From positions 127,720,001 to 127,784,000 of the forward strand of contig NC_042997.1 in NCBI RefSeq assembly GCF_006345805.1: 64,000 nucleotides of DNA. Direction: 5' to 3'. Origin of the DNA: Octopus sinensis. Lineage: Eukaryota. A program made the translations under genes and the position numbers. The notes under the pieces are model-generated. The model was not told where the DNA came from and ran no database searches. It saw only the letters and a program-made list of their open reading frames with translations. Positions 52,211-64,000 of the stretch are shown in pieces (positions within the stretch are counted from its first letter, which is position 1; each line of letters begins with the position of its first letter).

Positions 52211-53592
52211 ATGCCATACATACATACATATACACATACATACATACATACATACAACATACATACATACAAACATACATGCATGCATACATACATACAT
52301 ACATACAAACATACATGCATGCATACATACATACATACATACATACATACACATACATACATACATACATACATACATACATACATACATACATACATAC
52401 ATACATACATACTGTCTCGATAAAATCTTGGGGAAAAAAGAACATGAATGGAGACAGCCTCAACGCCAGACTTCGGCGCCTGGGGGTACTTCAAAATACT
52501 CTTGGAGGGCACTAATTCGTGGTAATAATCCTTAAGTGGAGTTTCGAAATAAGTAAATCTAGGGGTGCATCATTGAATACTGAGGGCATAATTGCCGTCC
52601 AACGCACCCCTTTAGCAATGGGCATGAACGGAGAACTTGTAAGAACCAGTTCTTATATCCAAGCTATAGATTTTCATTTGTACCTGGGCTATGAAACAAC
52701 TGATTGGCATAAAATCCTTGAAATGCTGAAATTCTTCATAAATCAACAAAGCAAACTGATTTGCATCCTCCAAATATGACTGAATAGTAGTAAAGCGAAT
52801 ATTTGTAAATCATTCCAAGAATTCTCCATCTGAAATTCCGAGACTGAACTTACGCATACAATCGCGTCTTCATATGGCATACACATACATAAACAGTGCA
52901 GAAGCACATACATATGATAAGTAAAGTGACATGCACACCCACAATATGTGTGCAAATTTATTCTCACATGCATATACATATATGCACGCAAACCAATTAA
53001 TATCCACAAACCCCCTTGAACTGTCTTGATTTGAACGAAAGGTCTTTGGTATTTTGTTAGCGACCGGCTTGAATTCAGTAAATGAAAGAATGTAAATAAA
53101 TCCCAAAGATATACCGTACATACAAGCATTCAATAAATATATACGAATAAGTGTCTTTATTTATATAAACGTATGTGTGTGTGTTTGTGCATGTGTGTGT
53201 TTGTGCATGTGTGTGTTTATGTGTGTGTATCTGTGTGCGTGCTTATGTTCCTGTATGTGTGTGCATGTATTTATACACTTTAGGATTTCAAAATAGAATA
53301 TTTTACTTACCAAATCCGAAATTATGCAGTCCTCATAGGAAATGGTAATAGTCTCCAAGAAAGCGCTTACTTAGATGGGGGTAATAATCAGTTCAGAAGT
53401 GTCTGTGTATCTGTATGATATGTTTGTATAGTAGTCTATATATATATGCAATATATATATATTATATATGTATGTGTGTGTGTATATATATATGTATATA
53501 TATATATATAATTATTCGGATTGGAGATGTACAATTACCTATACAAATTCCGAATATAATTACATGTGAATCATCACACCACACAATATATA

Positions 53593-53642
<50 letters not shown>

Positions 53643-53964
53643 ACTAAAACATGTTACAGGTGTAATTCATGAGCAGTGCATGTAGACTGCGTTCTGCATT
53701 TGCTTTGAGAACTAAACGTGTTTGTATATATCGACGTTAACATGACATCTCACCTGCTTAGGAACCTACACACACCTATAGCGTTGGATCTGGTCAACAG
53801 AACATATGGCGGGACGAAGGTAAAGGAGAAGTGACAGCTGACTTTTACAAAATTAAGGTTAAATATTGTTGTAACAAGCTACTGCATGAAAGAGTTATTT
53901 AGGCCAGCCAAATGCGTGACAACCTCTCGCTTACTTAACATGTAGCTACATTGTTGATGTTGTG

Positions 53965-54125
53965 GGTGGTGGTGGTGGTGGTGGTGATGGTGGTGGTTGC
54001 TGTCGTCGCCAATGCTTTTGTTTTTGTTGTTGTTGCTTTATAAACTAATCCACTTCAGAAATTTGTCAAACTCATTGAGCTGCCTTCAGCAATATAATCC
54101 GTTGTCATTTAGTTGTTGTTTAGTC

Positions 54126-54168
<43 letters not shown>

Positions 54169-54200
54169 TGATGATGGTGATGATGATGATGATGATGATG

Positions 54201-54231
<31 letters not shown>

Positions 54232-54529
54232 GAGGGAGGAGGCAGAGGAGGAGGAGAAGAAGAAGGCGAAGGAAAAGGAGGAGGAGAAGAAGAATAAGAA
54301 TAAGAAGAAGGAAAAGAAGAATGAGGAGGAGGAGAAGGATAAGAAGAAGGAGAAGAAGGAGAAGGAAAAGAAGAAGGAGGAGGGGAGGAGGAGGGGAGGA
54401 GGAGGAGGAGGAAGGGGTGGAGGAGGAGGAGGAGGAGGAAGAGGAGAAGGAGAAGAAGAAGAAGAAGAAGAAGAAGAAGAAAAGAAGAAGAAAAGAAGAA
54501 GAAGAAGAAAAAGAAGAAGAAAAAGAAGT

Positions 54530-54560
<31 letters not shown>

Positions 54561-54598
54561 GAAAAGTAGAAGAAGAAGAAGAAGAAGAAGAAGAAATA
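53965..54598. repeat. Compound trinucleotide microsatellite (GGT, TAA, GAT, GAG/GAA)
   Basis: Direct inspection. Confidence 0.9.
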
Positions 54599-54691
54599 TC
54601 GTGATGATTTTTACTACAAATTATACACGGGATAATGATAGCGCGCGTGGCAGATAAGACAAAACAGTCACAAAAACGTTATAATCTTTCC

Positions 54692-54722
<31 letters not shown>

Positions 54723-54791
54723 ATTTACTTAAGCACTCATTCACTCACTCTATTTTGAGTGAGTGTGTGTATATATATATATATGTGTGTT

Positions 54792-54835
<44 letters not shown>

Positions 54836-54840
54836 ATATT

Positions 54841-55680
54841 CGTGGTGAGTTCAAAAAGTAGCCGCCCTAATTTTCCTCGCCAAAACTAATGCCGCGATGG
54901 TAAAATCCTTTGAGGGGAACGTGGCACCACCCTTTCGGCGTATGAATGAGAATTTTCGCACCGGAAGGCTGCGTCAGTTCCCGGTTGTTACTCCCAGAGT
55001 ATAGACGTGCTGTGCACGCTCGTCGGATTTTCGTTTTTACGTTAGATGAGCGAACGCACCGAGCAGAGATATTGCATCATTTTTGCCAAAAGCTTGGTGA
55101 CACTCAGTCTCCAACTATGCGCAAAACTCAGATCTAGAAGTGGTGCAACCGCTCCAAAAATGGCCGCACCTTAGTGAAGGGCGAAGCATGCTCAGGCAGG
55201 CCATTCACAAAAGAAAACGAGGAACCAATTGAGAAGGTTTGGCGAATAGTCATGAAAGACCACCAGGAACAATCTAGAAAATTTCTCCCGGAATGGGAAT
55301 TAGCACATGATCAGTGCTTTCCATTTTAACCAACTTTTTTATTGCAGAGAGTGTCGGCGAAATTCATGGAAATCGCCATGAGCTGGCTGGACTATGCAAA
55401 CTATGGCCTTAAATTCATAAAGACTACCATCGCTTGTGATGAAAGCTGAAGCGATTTGAGTCGCCAGAGGAAATTATGAGAAAAGCGACGGCGGAACTCC
55501 ATATCATTCTTATGAAGGCGTTCCAGAGGTGTTACCAAGAAAGAAAGAGTCGCTGGGTGAAGCGACTCTTCCATTACACCCAAGGGGCGTATATTGAAGA
55601 TGATTGAATAAAATTTGTGAAATATACAAAATGTTTTATGTTTATACTCAAAGGTCGGATACCTTTTGAATACACCTTTT
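54841..55680 (+). mobile_element. Decayed, internally deleted mariner element
   Basis: MSERTEQRYCIIFCQKLG...SGRP...IACDES...RFESPEEI...GAYIE; degenerate TIRs ggtgagttcaaaaagtagccg / cggataccttttgaatacacc. Confidence 0.75.
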
Positions 55681-55694
55681 ATATATGTGGTAGT

Positions 55695-55893
55695 TTTATA
55701 TAAGTTTAAAGCTTATGACGATCACCGTGCAATGACTAGGGAAAATAGTCTTATAACGGGGCATATGAACCCTCGACTCAAAAAGAAGGCTTTCCTATAT
55801 GTATGGGCTATCGAGAGCTTATATGCCCCGTTATTAGATTATTTTCCCCCAGTCATTGCTCAGTGATCGCCGTAAGCTTTAAGCTTATATAAA
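55695..55893. mobile_element. 199-bp hairpin MITE-like element
   Basis: ~82-bp inverted arms, roughly 85% identical, 34-nt loop. Confidence 0.7.
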
Positions 55894-56138
55894 TATACCA
55901 TTTTTATTATTTATAGGATTGTAAAATACGGCATCATATAACAAAACCATTCGCAGCGAAATCATATTTGTATATATATATATATATATTATATATATAT
56001 ATATAGATATATATATATATATATATATATATTCGGAGATTCAATTCACAATCCAATAATACATTTATATTAACATATAGTATAATATACTATAAATATA
56101 ATATAATACAACATAAAAAGATCATTAAAAAACAAAAT

Positions 56139-56217
56139 ACCAACAATTTGTTTCGACTTATATACATTATTTGATTTATAAACAATACATATCCACTTAA
56201 ATAAGTCTCTTCAGAGC
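56139..56217 (-). ncRNA. Divergent hammerhead-like motif
   Basis: gct-CUGAAGA-gacttat...ataagtc-GAAA-caaattg-UU-ggt; helix II perfect over 7 bp, helix I weak. Confidence 0.35.
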
Positions 56218-57005
56218 TTTGGTTCATAGACAGACGAAATTCCGTGTGAAACGATGGCTGGATTGCATAAAAATTAATTCAAATGCCTATGTATTATGAG
56301 CGTGAGCGTTAACTTTTCAACTACATAACAATTACAATAAAACAATCAACAAAACAGACAAAATAATTAAGTACTATCGAAATATATATTTCTATATCTC
56401 TCAAATAATATTAATCCAAATTCGTTTAGGCCGAAGACAATCTTTGGCTGTAATAATAAGATACAATAAAAAATATATAGGTATACAAATTAAGTGTCAG
56501 GGCCTTACTTAATCTAGAGACTGTAATAAAACGGGTAAATAAATATAAATGATAATATACTATTACATTGGTAATAAATAACAACTCTTCTCTTTTATTT
56601 AAAGTCATTGATATAAAAAAAATGTATAAAAAACAGTTCTTTATTTAGTTTATCGGAGAGAGAATTCCGTTATAAATACGAAGATAAACTTAGAGCTACA
56701 ATAACTACAACCTATATTACCCCATAGATATAGAGTTAGGCTATAATAACGGATATCAAAATATTACTAGTTTTTCAGAAGTAACCAGATTTGAAGTTAC
56801 TTAAATAAGGATTATTCACAGAAACTGACAAGTAAATGTCCGTATGTTTTTGTTATAGAAGGGAGAATTCAGTAAATAAAGTAAGATGAACAAAAACAAG
56901 GATTGAGTACCGATCCTCGATAAATTTAACTAATAATATTTTTTTAAATAAAGGACTATAAATAGTATATATCCAAATTTTATTCTCTCAGAAGTAACAA
57001 AATTA

Positions 57006-57423
57006 GGATCTTTTCGGTTTGAACGGCAGTTTTCAACATAATTTCTAGGTAACTAAAAAATTTTAAACTTCGTATACTGGTAGAATGTGTTTATAAACAT
57101 CTTTTTCTCTTGGCTTTATTGAGAAAATTCTATAGTTTGTAAGATATCTGTTATTTTTTTTTTCTTTAATTTCTGCAATTTCAACCAATCGATGACGTCC
57201 ATTGAGGTAAAAAAAACATTCTGTGCCGTATGAATATGTCCCTCGTTTAAGAAACAGATTGGGTTTATTTACATTTGTGAAGAAAAAAAAATACCCTCCC
57301 CCACCCCTAACCCTAACCCTAAAACAGATTGAAATGCAATAGATCGATACTAGGGTCATAATTATGGGTGACAATTTCATATGACACCGCTAGAAAAAAC
57401 TGCCGTTCAAACCGAAAAGATCC
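57006..57423. mobile_element. Merlin-like MITE, 418 bp, with TAACCC repeats
   Basis: Perfect 28-bp TIR ggatcttttcggtttgaacggcagtttt; exact 8-bp TSD caaaatta. Confidence 0.8.
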
Positions 57424-57991
57424 CAAAATTATATTGTAATAGGAACACAAGTTATATACTATACAATACTATAATAATTATTATTGTAGTTATTAAATTT
57501 AGTTAGTAAGTCAATTAAAATTATTCACTTATTATCATTATCATTGTTATTATCATTATTATCATCATCATTAATAAATTAAATGAATGCACTGTTGTGT
57601 CTTTGAAGAGTCGTTTTCTTTTTGTACCTCATGATTCTAACACACTCACCGGTAAAATTTCCACTTATTTCGTATTTTTATTTTCCTAAAATTTTCGTTG
57701 CGTCTTGCAACCTGTTCAACACACGAACTCACATAAAGAATCTTGCAAACCAAATCCAAAAGCAAATATAAATGAATGTATTTACGCATATAATTATTTA
57801 GTACAATGAAGACACCTTACTTGTAATATGTAACTAATATTAAATTATTAATATAATGATATGTTTAACAGTAACTGATTTAATCCAATAAAAAATTAAT
57901 TTTCCAAATTCTACATTATCATATAGATTAAGATGACAAAACTTAAAGATGTACATATATACACACATATATATAGACATATATTCACATA

Positions 57992-58046
<55 letters not shown>

Positions 58047-58255
58047 TACATGTAAATACGTACATATACACATATATATATATATATATATATAATATAT
58101 ATATATATATACATGTAAATACGTACATATACACATATACACGTACATATACTTATACACAGATATATATACATAGCTACACAAATCTACATATTGGCTT
58201 TAATATTTGCTAGCCACTTATATTATGATTATCTTTCATTAATAATATCTATATT

Positions 58256-58301
<46 letters not shown>

Positions 58302-58857
58302 TGTGTGTGTGTATTCATGTGTGTGTGTGTGCGCGCGCGCGTGCATTCAGAATACTTGTGTATTCAGAATCGTATGGCTATGATGAGTCGAATTGTTTGT
58401 CTAAGTACGGTGTTTCGATGATCTGATGAGCTAGCTTTCTTTACTTGCATTCATTTGTGAATACACAATTGTATTCTATAACTCTGAGCATACATATTAA
58501 TGCGCACACGTACGCATAATTTTTTCCATATTAAATTAATGGTACAGGAAGAAGGATGAAATTTCTGTGGCTAAATAAAATTATATCTTCACCTCTCATT
58601 TCTCCTGACTATGGGTGCGAATATATATATTTGTGTATATATATATATATATATGAGGTATTGGTATCCAGACTACTGAAGATAGCAGGTAAGGCTATAT
58701 AAGTGCTACGGGAGGACCGTAGTTAGACCCTCGGTTCGATAATAATACGAGCGAGGTGTCTAATGCGGGTCTTGTGTGAGCATATATATGTTAAATAAAA
58801 TGAGACAACAAAGCCAAGACTGGGTGGAATTTATAGGACATTTATAAAGGGAAAGTT

Positions 58858-58907
58858 AGTCTTACAACTGTTTCTGGGATATTAGGGATATCCCTTCATC
58901 AGAGGGG
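58858..58907 (-). ncRNA. Hammerhead motif with damaged helix I
   Basis: cccct-CUGAUGA-a-gggatat/atatccc-a-GAAA-CAGUUG-UA-agact. Confidence 0.45.
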
Positions 58908-59086
58908 ATATGAGAGAGTTAATAGAAGGAAATAGTAAGGAGATCTTTTGGAACAGAATGGATATAGGAAGTATAGAGAGAATTTTTATTCTCAAATTTC
59001 CCTTTATACTTCTTATATCCATCCTTTTCCAAAATAACTCCTTATACTGAACTCTACTATTTCCCTCTAGTTAACTCTCTCATATC

Positions 59087-59134
59087 GTCTCTGATGAAGG
59101 GATATCCCCAATAACCCAGAAACAGCTGTAAGAC
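59087..59134 (+). ncRNA. Minimal type-I hammerhead ribozyme with complete core
   Basis: gtct-CUGAUGA-a-gggatat/ataaccc-a-GAAA-CAGCUG-UA-agac; predicted cleavage after A59130. Confidence 0.7.
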
Positions 59135-59686
59135 TATCTTTCCCTTTATAAATGTCCTATAAAATCCACACAGATTTGGTTTTATTGTCTCATTTTATTT
59201 AACACACACATTATATATATGTGCAAGTGGAACCTGTGGAAATTCCACCGAAAAAAATTTAGATGAGCTATTTAAGAAAGAAAGGGTGATTTGCATTTTT
59301 ATTGTATATAAACCTCATTGTGATAAATGATACAAAAATATACAATAACAATATATATAATGCTTAATACGCATAACACTCGTTAGAATTTAATTCTATT
59401 AAATCTGCAAGATCAATATATAATTGCATATTCTTTATTACGCAATATTTTATCATAATTACTTTACATTATATACAATTAATGTACACAAAACGATATT
59501 GGGAATATAAATGTAAATTAAAGAAAATAACATCTATGGCCATTTTGCCAACTTATTTCATCCCCAGTCACAATAATTTATTATTCGATTTTAGAATTTC
59601 CCTATGTTAAATACTTTATATTTCTCTCTATATTTCTCTCTCTCTTTCCCCATCTCTCCTTCTCCCTCCCGCTCCCCCTCTCTGTG

Positions 59687-59741
<55 letters not shown>

Positions 59742-60011
59742 CTTCAACCAACTTTTCAGCCATGTAAATCCCCTCTTCAATGTCGTTAACATTTTGTTTC
59801 TTTTTCTCTTCACCTCTCACTTCCATTAACCACGTGACAGCCAGTGTAGTGCATCAGTTAGCTGTCTGCTATCTTACTCACTCTCCCTCCCTCTCTGTCA
59901 TTCTCACTCCACCTCCACCTCTTTCTAACAAACTAGAGTGTAACATGTGAACGAACACACAAGCAGAGTTATGTCTGTGCGTGTGTTCATATACATGTAC
60001 CTACACATATT

Positions 60012-60067
<56 letters not shown>

Positions 60068-60258
60068 CAGATATCCCAGCTGTTTTTTTCTTGAAGCACA
60101 TCTGCCCATTCCATTATTACAATCCAATATGTAGTCTCCGTTGCTGCTGTATGTTAGTTAAAATATATATTAGAATTGAGAATTATGGAAATTTTATTTG
60201 AAGTATAATTGTATAAAAAAACAGGGAATTAGAAATTATTTTGGTATCATTTACTCAC

Positions 60259-60291
60259 CATTTGCTTCTTTGTCTGCAAACCTGCGTCCAT
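60259..60291 (-). CDS. Candidate first coding exon (MDAGLQTKKQM)
   Basis: ATG plus exactly 11 codons, then donor ATG|GTGAGTAA; unique upstream sequence with an ATTTGCAT octamer. No homology recognised. Confidence 0.25.
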
Positions 60292-60677
60292 GCAGATAAA
60301 TGAGAAAATGTTATAATTTTTCCGATCATAAACCGTATTTCTCCGACTGAACCCTGTTCAAACAGATTTACAAGTTCTGAACGTCTCCATATGCAAATAG
60401 AACGCACAAATAATTTACATAGTTGAACGTAGTAGAAATCCAGCGTTGAAAAAAAAGCAGAAACAGCAATAATTTCTAATTTAGGCGCGAGGCCAACCGT
60501 TTGGGACATAGCATGGTATCATCGATACTGCAACTTGAATGACACTTCTTTTTTTAATCGACTCCGATAAAATATGTAAGGCAATGGTGAATTTAGTGGA
60601 CTTTGAACTTAAAGTGTAAAAGTCGAAATAAATATTGGAATGTATTTTTCGATGATCTGACGATACTGTTAGCTCGC

Positions 60678-60797
60678 AATAATAACAACAACAACAACAA
60701 CAATTATAATAATAACAACAATTATAACAATAATAATAATAATAATAATAACAATAACAATAATAACAATAATAATAACAATAATAATAATAATAAC

Positions 60798-60835
<38 letters not shown>

Positions 60836-60905
60836 TAACAATAATAACAATAATAATAATAATGATAATAATGATAATAATGATAATAATAATAATAATA
60901 ATAAT
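60678..60905. repeat. (AAT/AAC/GAT)n microsatellite
   Basis: Direct inspection. Confidence 0.9.
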
Positions 60906-61426
60906 CTTTTCTTTATTAACCCCTGAGGGTTCATATAAAACGATTGGGGACGGTACAGGACAATATAATACGAACAGAGTGGAGTTGAATCGTGTAAATA
61001 AAGAACAACAATGACAATTCTAGCAATTAAAATCCCCAAAAGAGTGAGACTTCCAAGGGTTACTATTGGAAACCCGACAAAAACTAGGATAGCCCTGACC
61101 TCTAGGGCAAGTGCCCTCTCCTCTTCATCACCCTCCATCTCGGGGCACATGCTTAGAGTAAGCCCGTTCACTCAGGCCATTCGCGCTATATTCACTCGCC
61201 TTTTAATAAAATTACTGGTAGGGTAGTGCTTCGCTCTGTACCTTCTCTTTCAAAAGAAGGTCGGTTGATGATCTTCACGATGGACCCAGCCAATAGCCGG
61301 ATCCGTCCTACATGCAACAGTAGGTGCTCAGCATAACCCCACAAGTCAGCAATGCTTGGGCACTGGACGAGGGCGTGCAGCAGTTTCGTCGTTCTGCGCT
61401 CGTCTCGAGCAAGCCCGGCTGACAGG
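60906..61426 (-). mobile_element. L1/Tx1-like LINE 3' fragment
   Basis: HALVQCPSIADLWGYAEHLL...SIVKI..PSFEREG resembles the Tx1 ORF2 C-terminus; ends in (TTA)n. Confidence 0.6.
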
Positions 61427-61427
61427 A

Positions 61428-61600
61428 ACAAGGCCTGAAACTTTGGAGGAGGGACGCTAGTCGAATACATCGACTTCAGTGGTCGACTGGTATTTATTTT
61501 ATCAATGAAAGGCAAAGTGAACATTGGCGGAATTTGAACTCAGAACGCATTGACGAAGAAAATGCGTGCGACGATCCTGCCAGATCGTCGTCTTCACTCA
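61428..61600 (-). mobile_element. SINE family A
   Basis: Family core. Confidence 0.7.
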
Positions 61601-61604
61601 ACTA

Positions 61605-62380
61605 ATAATGGTTTCAAATTTTGGCACAAGACCAGTAATTTCGGAGAAGGAGGTAAGACGATTACATCGACTCCAGTGATCAATTGGTACCTATTTTATC
61701 GACCCTGAAAGGGGATCTTTACTTTTTGACCGACAGATTTAAAAAATAATTTTTTGTAATTAAGCACTTTCAAACGTCGGACACTGGTAGAATTGTTTTA
61801 TTATTAACACTTTCAAACGTCAGACACTGGTAGAATGTGTCACATAAAACATCTTTTTCTCTTGGCGTTGTTGAGAAAATTCTGTATTTAGGAAGTTATT
61901 TTTTGTTAAAGTTGTCGTATTTCGGTAATTTGAACCAATCAATGACGTGTATTCAGCTGAATAAAATTACTGCCGTTGTTTGTCAACAACAACTTCCGGT
62001 GGTGTATATTTCGTTTGTCACTGTTATTTATGAAATATTTAATCTCAGTTACGTTCGTATGGATAAACGAGTGTATCTGAAGCATGTTTACTTCATGGCA
62101 CCACCATAATCGTTCCTGCTTCATTTTTCCTTTTTTTCCGTAATTCTAACCCTATAACTTCAACTCTAACTGTCAAACCTTAACCCTAACCCTAAAACCC
62201 TAACCCCAACCCTAAAACCTTAAAACTAAAACTAGTACAAACGCACGAACGATGTCAAAAGGTAAAGATCCCTGAAAGGATGAAAGGTAAAGTCCACCTC
62301 GGTGGAATTTGAACTCAGAAGGTAAAAAACGGAAGAAATGCCGCTAAGCATGTTGCCCGGTGTGCTGCTGACGATTCTGT
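61605..62380 (-). mobile_element. SINE family A split by a Merlin-like MITE
   Basis: Core continuous across 61712/62272. Confidence 0.75.
61713..62271. mobile_element. Merlin-like MITE, 559 bp, with TAACCC repeats
   Basis: TIR ggatctttac(t/c)ttttgac; exact 8-bp TSD ctgaaagg; internal similarity to the 57006 element. Confidence 0.8.
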
Positions 62381-63144
62381 GTGAAATAGGCAAATGGCAA
62401 ACTCGAACCAGATTTTTTATTGAGAGTTTTGTTGGTTTCCTAGAAGCGGAGGTGTATAAGAAGGGTCATTTGCTGGGGAAAAATATATATAAGTAATCAG
62501 TTTGATACATGCAACAGAATGTAGAACTCTTGTAAAATAGCAGCTTAAAGAAACAAACAGAATCAATATTTAGAGAAAAACAACTTCAAAACATTAGAGC
62601 GAGAAACATAAATCAAACTATTACAGGACTTCAGATTTTACTCATCCTGAATTAATAAAAAATATATAAATAAATAAATAAATAAAACCTCAGAAAAATA
62701 AAAACTATTCAACCGACATAAATAAACGACTAAAGATTTACGTTTATCACAGATGTTAAGTAGAGTAAAAGTACTGCATTATGTTTATTTATTTATTTAC
62801 ATTATATAGCTATATACATATGTGTGTGTTTGTTTATTTTGCTTTGTAGCATTTATACGCAAATCGTAAGTAAACGAACAATCGTAGAGTGTACATAAAT
62901 ATACACATTAATAGCATTAAGAATATTGAAATAAATATCTTCTTCAGACAATGGGTGTTTACAAAACAATTGTGCAGCTAAATGGAGATAACCCTAAATT
63001 GACCGCATAAAACACAAGATAAATATTTGAGAAATACCGATAGCTTCTTCCACAAAAAACAAAAAACAAAAACAAATGTACACATATAAATGTATATGTA
63101 TGTATATGTGCTGATATATACATGTGTGTGTGTGTGTGTGTGTT

Positions 63145-63460
63145 GGCGCAGGTGTATCTGTGTTGTAAGAAGTTTGCTTCCCAAGCACATGGTTCCGAGT
63201 TCAGATCCTCTGCGTGGCACCTTGCGCAAGTGTCTTCTGCTATACCTTCGTGTCAAGCCTTGTGAGTGGATTTGGTAGACGGAAACTGAAAGAAGCCCGT
63301 CATATATATAGTTACTTCCTCGTATCCTAGCGGTTCAGCAAATTAGATCGATGCAATAAGTACCAGGCTTTAAAACAAAATAAGCAGTGATATCGATTCA
63401 TTCGACTCAAAACTCTTCAAGACGGTGCCCCAACATGGCCGCAGTCGAATGACTGAAGCA
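63145..63460 (+). mobile_element. SINE family B
   Basis: Head ggcgcaggtgtatctgtgttgtaagaag... and tail gacggtgccccaacatggccgcagtc. Confidence 0.8.
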
Positions 63461-63529
63461 AGTTAAAGAATATATCTGCACACATATTGTATGTATGCTT
63501 CTTTATATATATATTCTTTTCTTTTCGTT

Positions 63530-63900
63530 TATTCCTTTATTTGTTTCAGTCATTTGATTGCGGCCATACTGGAGCACCACCTTTAGTCGAGCAAATCGAC
63601 CCCAGGACTTGTTCTTTGTAAGCCTAGTACTTATTCTATCGGTCCCTTTTGACGAGCCACTAAGTTACGGGGACGTAAACACACCAGCATCGGTTGTCAA
63701 GCGAGGTTGGAGAGGACAAACACACATGCACACATATATACGACGGGCTTCTTTTACTTTCCATCTGCCAAATCCACTCACAAACTTTGGTTGGCCTGAC
63801 ACTACAGTAGAAGACACTTGCCCAAGGTGCTATAGTAGGACTGGAACCATAACTATGTGGTTGATAAGCAAGCCACTTACCACACAACCACTCCTGCGCC
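63530..63900 (-). mobile_element. SINE family B, tail-to-tail with the previous copy
   Basis: Full body on the minus strand. Confidence 0.85.
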
Positions 63901-64000
63901 TTTATGTGTGTGTGTGTGTGTCAACTAACAAATATTTATTCTTATATTGGAGGCGTCGAAATGTATTGTATGACAGAAGTAATAAAATATTTTTTCGAAC

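Larger units (their letters stand above)
58789..59204. mobile_element. Penelope-like inverted pair (416-bp foldback), each arm with a hammerhead motif
   Basis: Arms reverse-complementary, apex ~58984-58987; related to the 23007 unit. Confidence 0.75.

Noticed and set aside
54113-54604. Acidic/basic low-complexity ORF resembling a nucleolar protein
   Set aside because: It is a pure compound trinucleotide microsatellite.
57680-57722. Minus-strand gttgc/gcaac stem followed by GAAA
   Set aside because: The upstream core is not CUGANGA and helix III is absent; treated as a repeat fragment.
58675-58720. CTGAAGA followed by a tagc/gcta stem; similar cases at ~10825 and ~62940
   Set aside because: No GAAA after helix II or no credible helices I and III.

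Overview
AT-rich eukaryotic DNA dominated by microsatellites, tRNA-derived SINEs, decayed LINEs and DNA transposons/MITEs. The repeat families look like those of an octopus (coleoid cephalopod) genome; this is inference from repeat style, not a database match. No intact protein-coding gene is supportable, and most ORFs in the track are microsatellite translations. The recognisable coding remnants are mobile-element pseudogenes: two head-to-tail R4/Dong-like LINEs (19566-22520, -), a 1585-bp IR/DR Tc1 element (47522-49106), maT- and mariner-like remnants, and CR1/L2-, RTE-, Tx1- and RLE-type LINE fragments. There is also a decayed initiator tRNA-Met. The most notable signal is five loci with minimal type-I hammerhead-ribozyme motifs of the Penelope/non-LTR-retrozyme kind, mostly next to (TA)n tracts: a 237-bp tandem dimer (23007-23427), an inverted pair (58789-59204), two foldbacks carrying partial cores (33494-33904, 45447-45549) and a divergent copy (56139-56217). 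The window is also rich in long hairpins and locally templated insertions. A few isolated splice-site-bounded exon candidates are given at low confidence. All alignments were done by eye; SINE boundaries are approximate.
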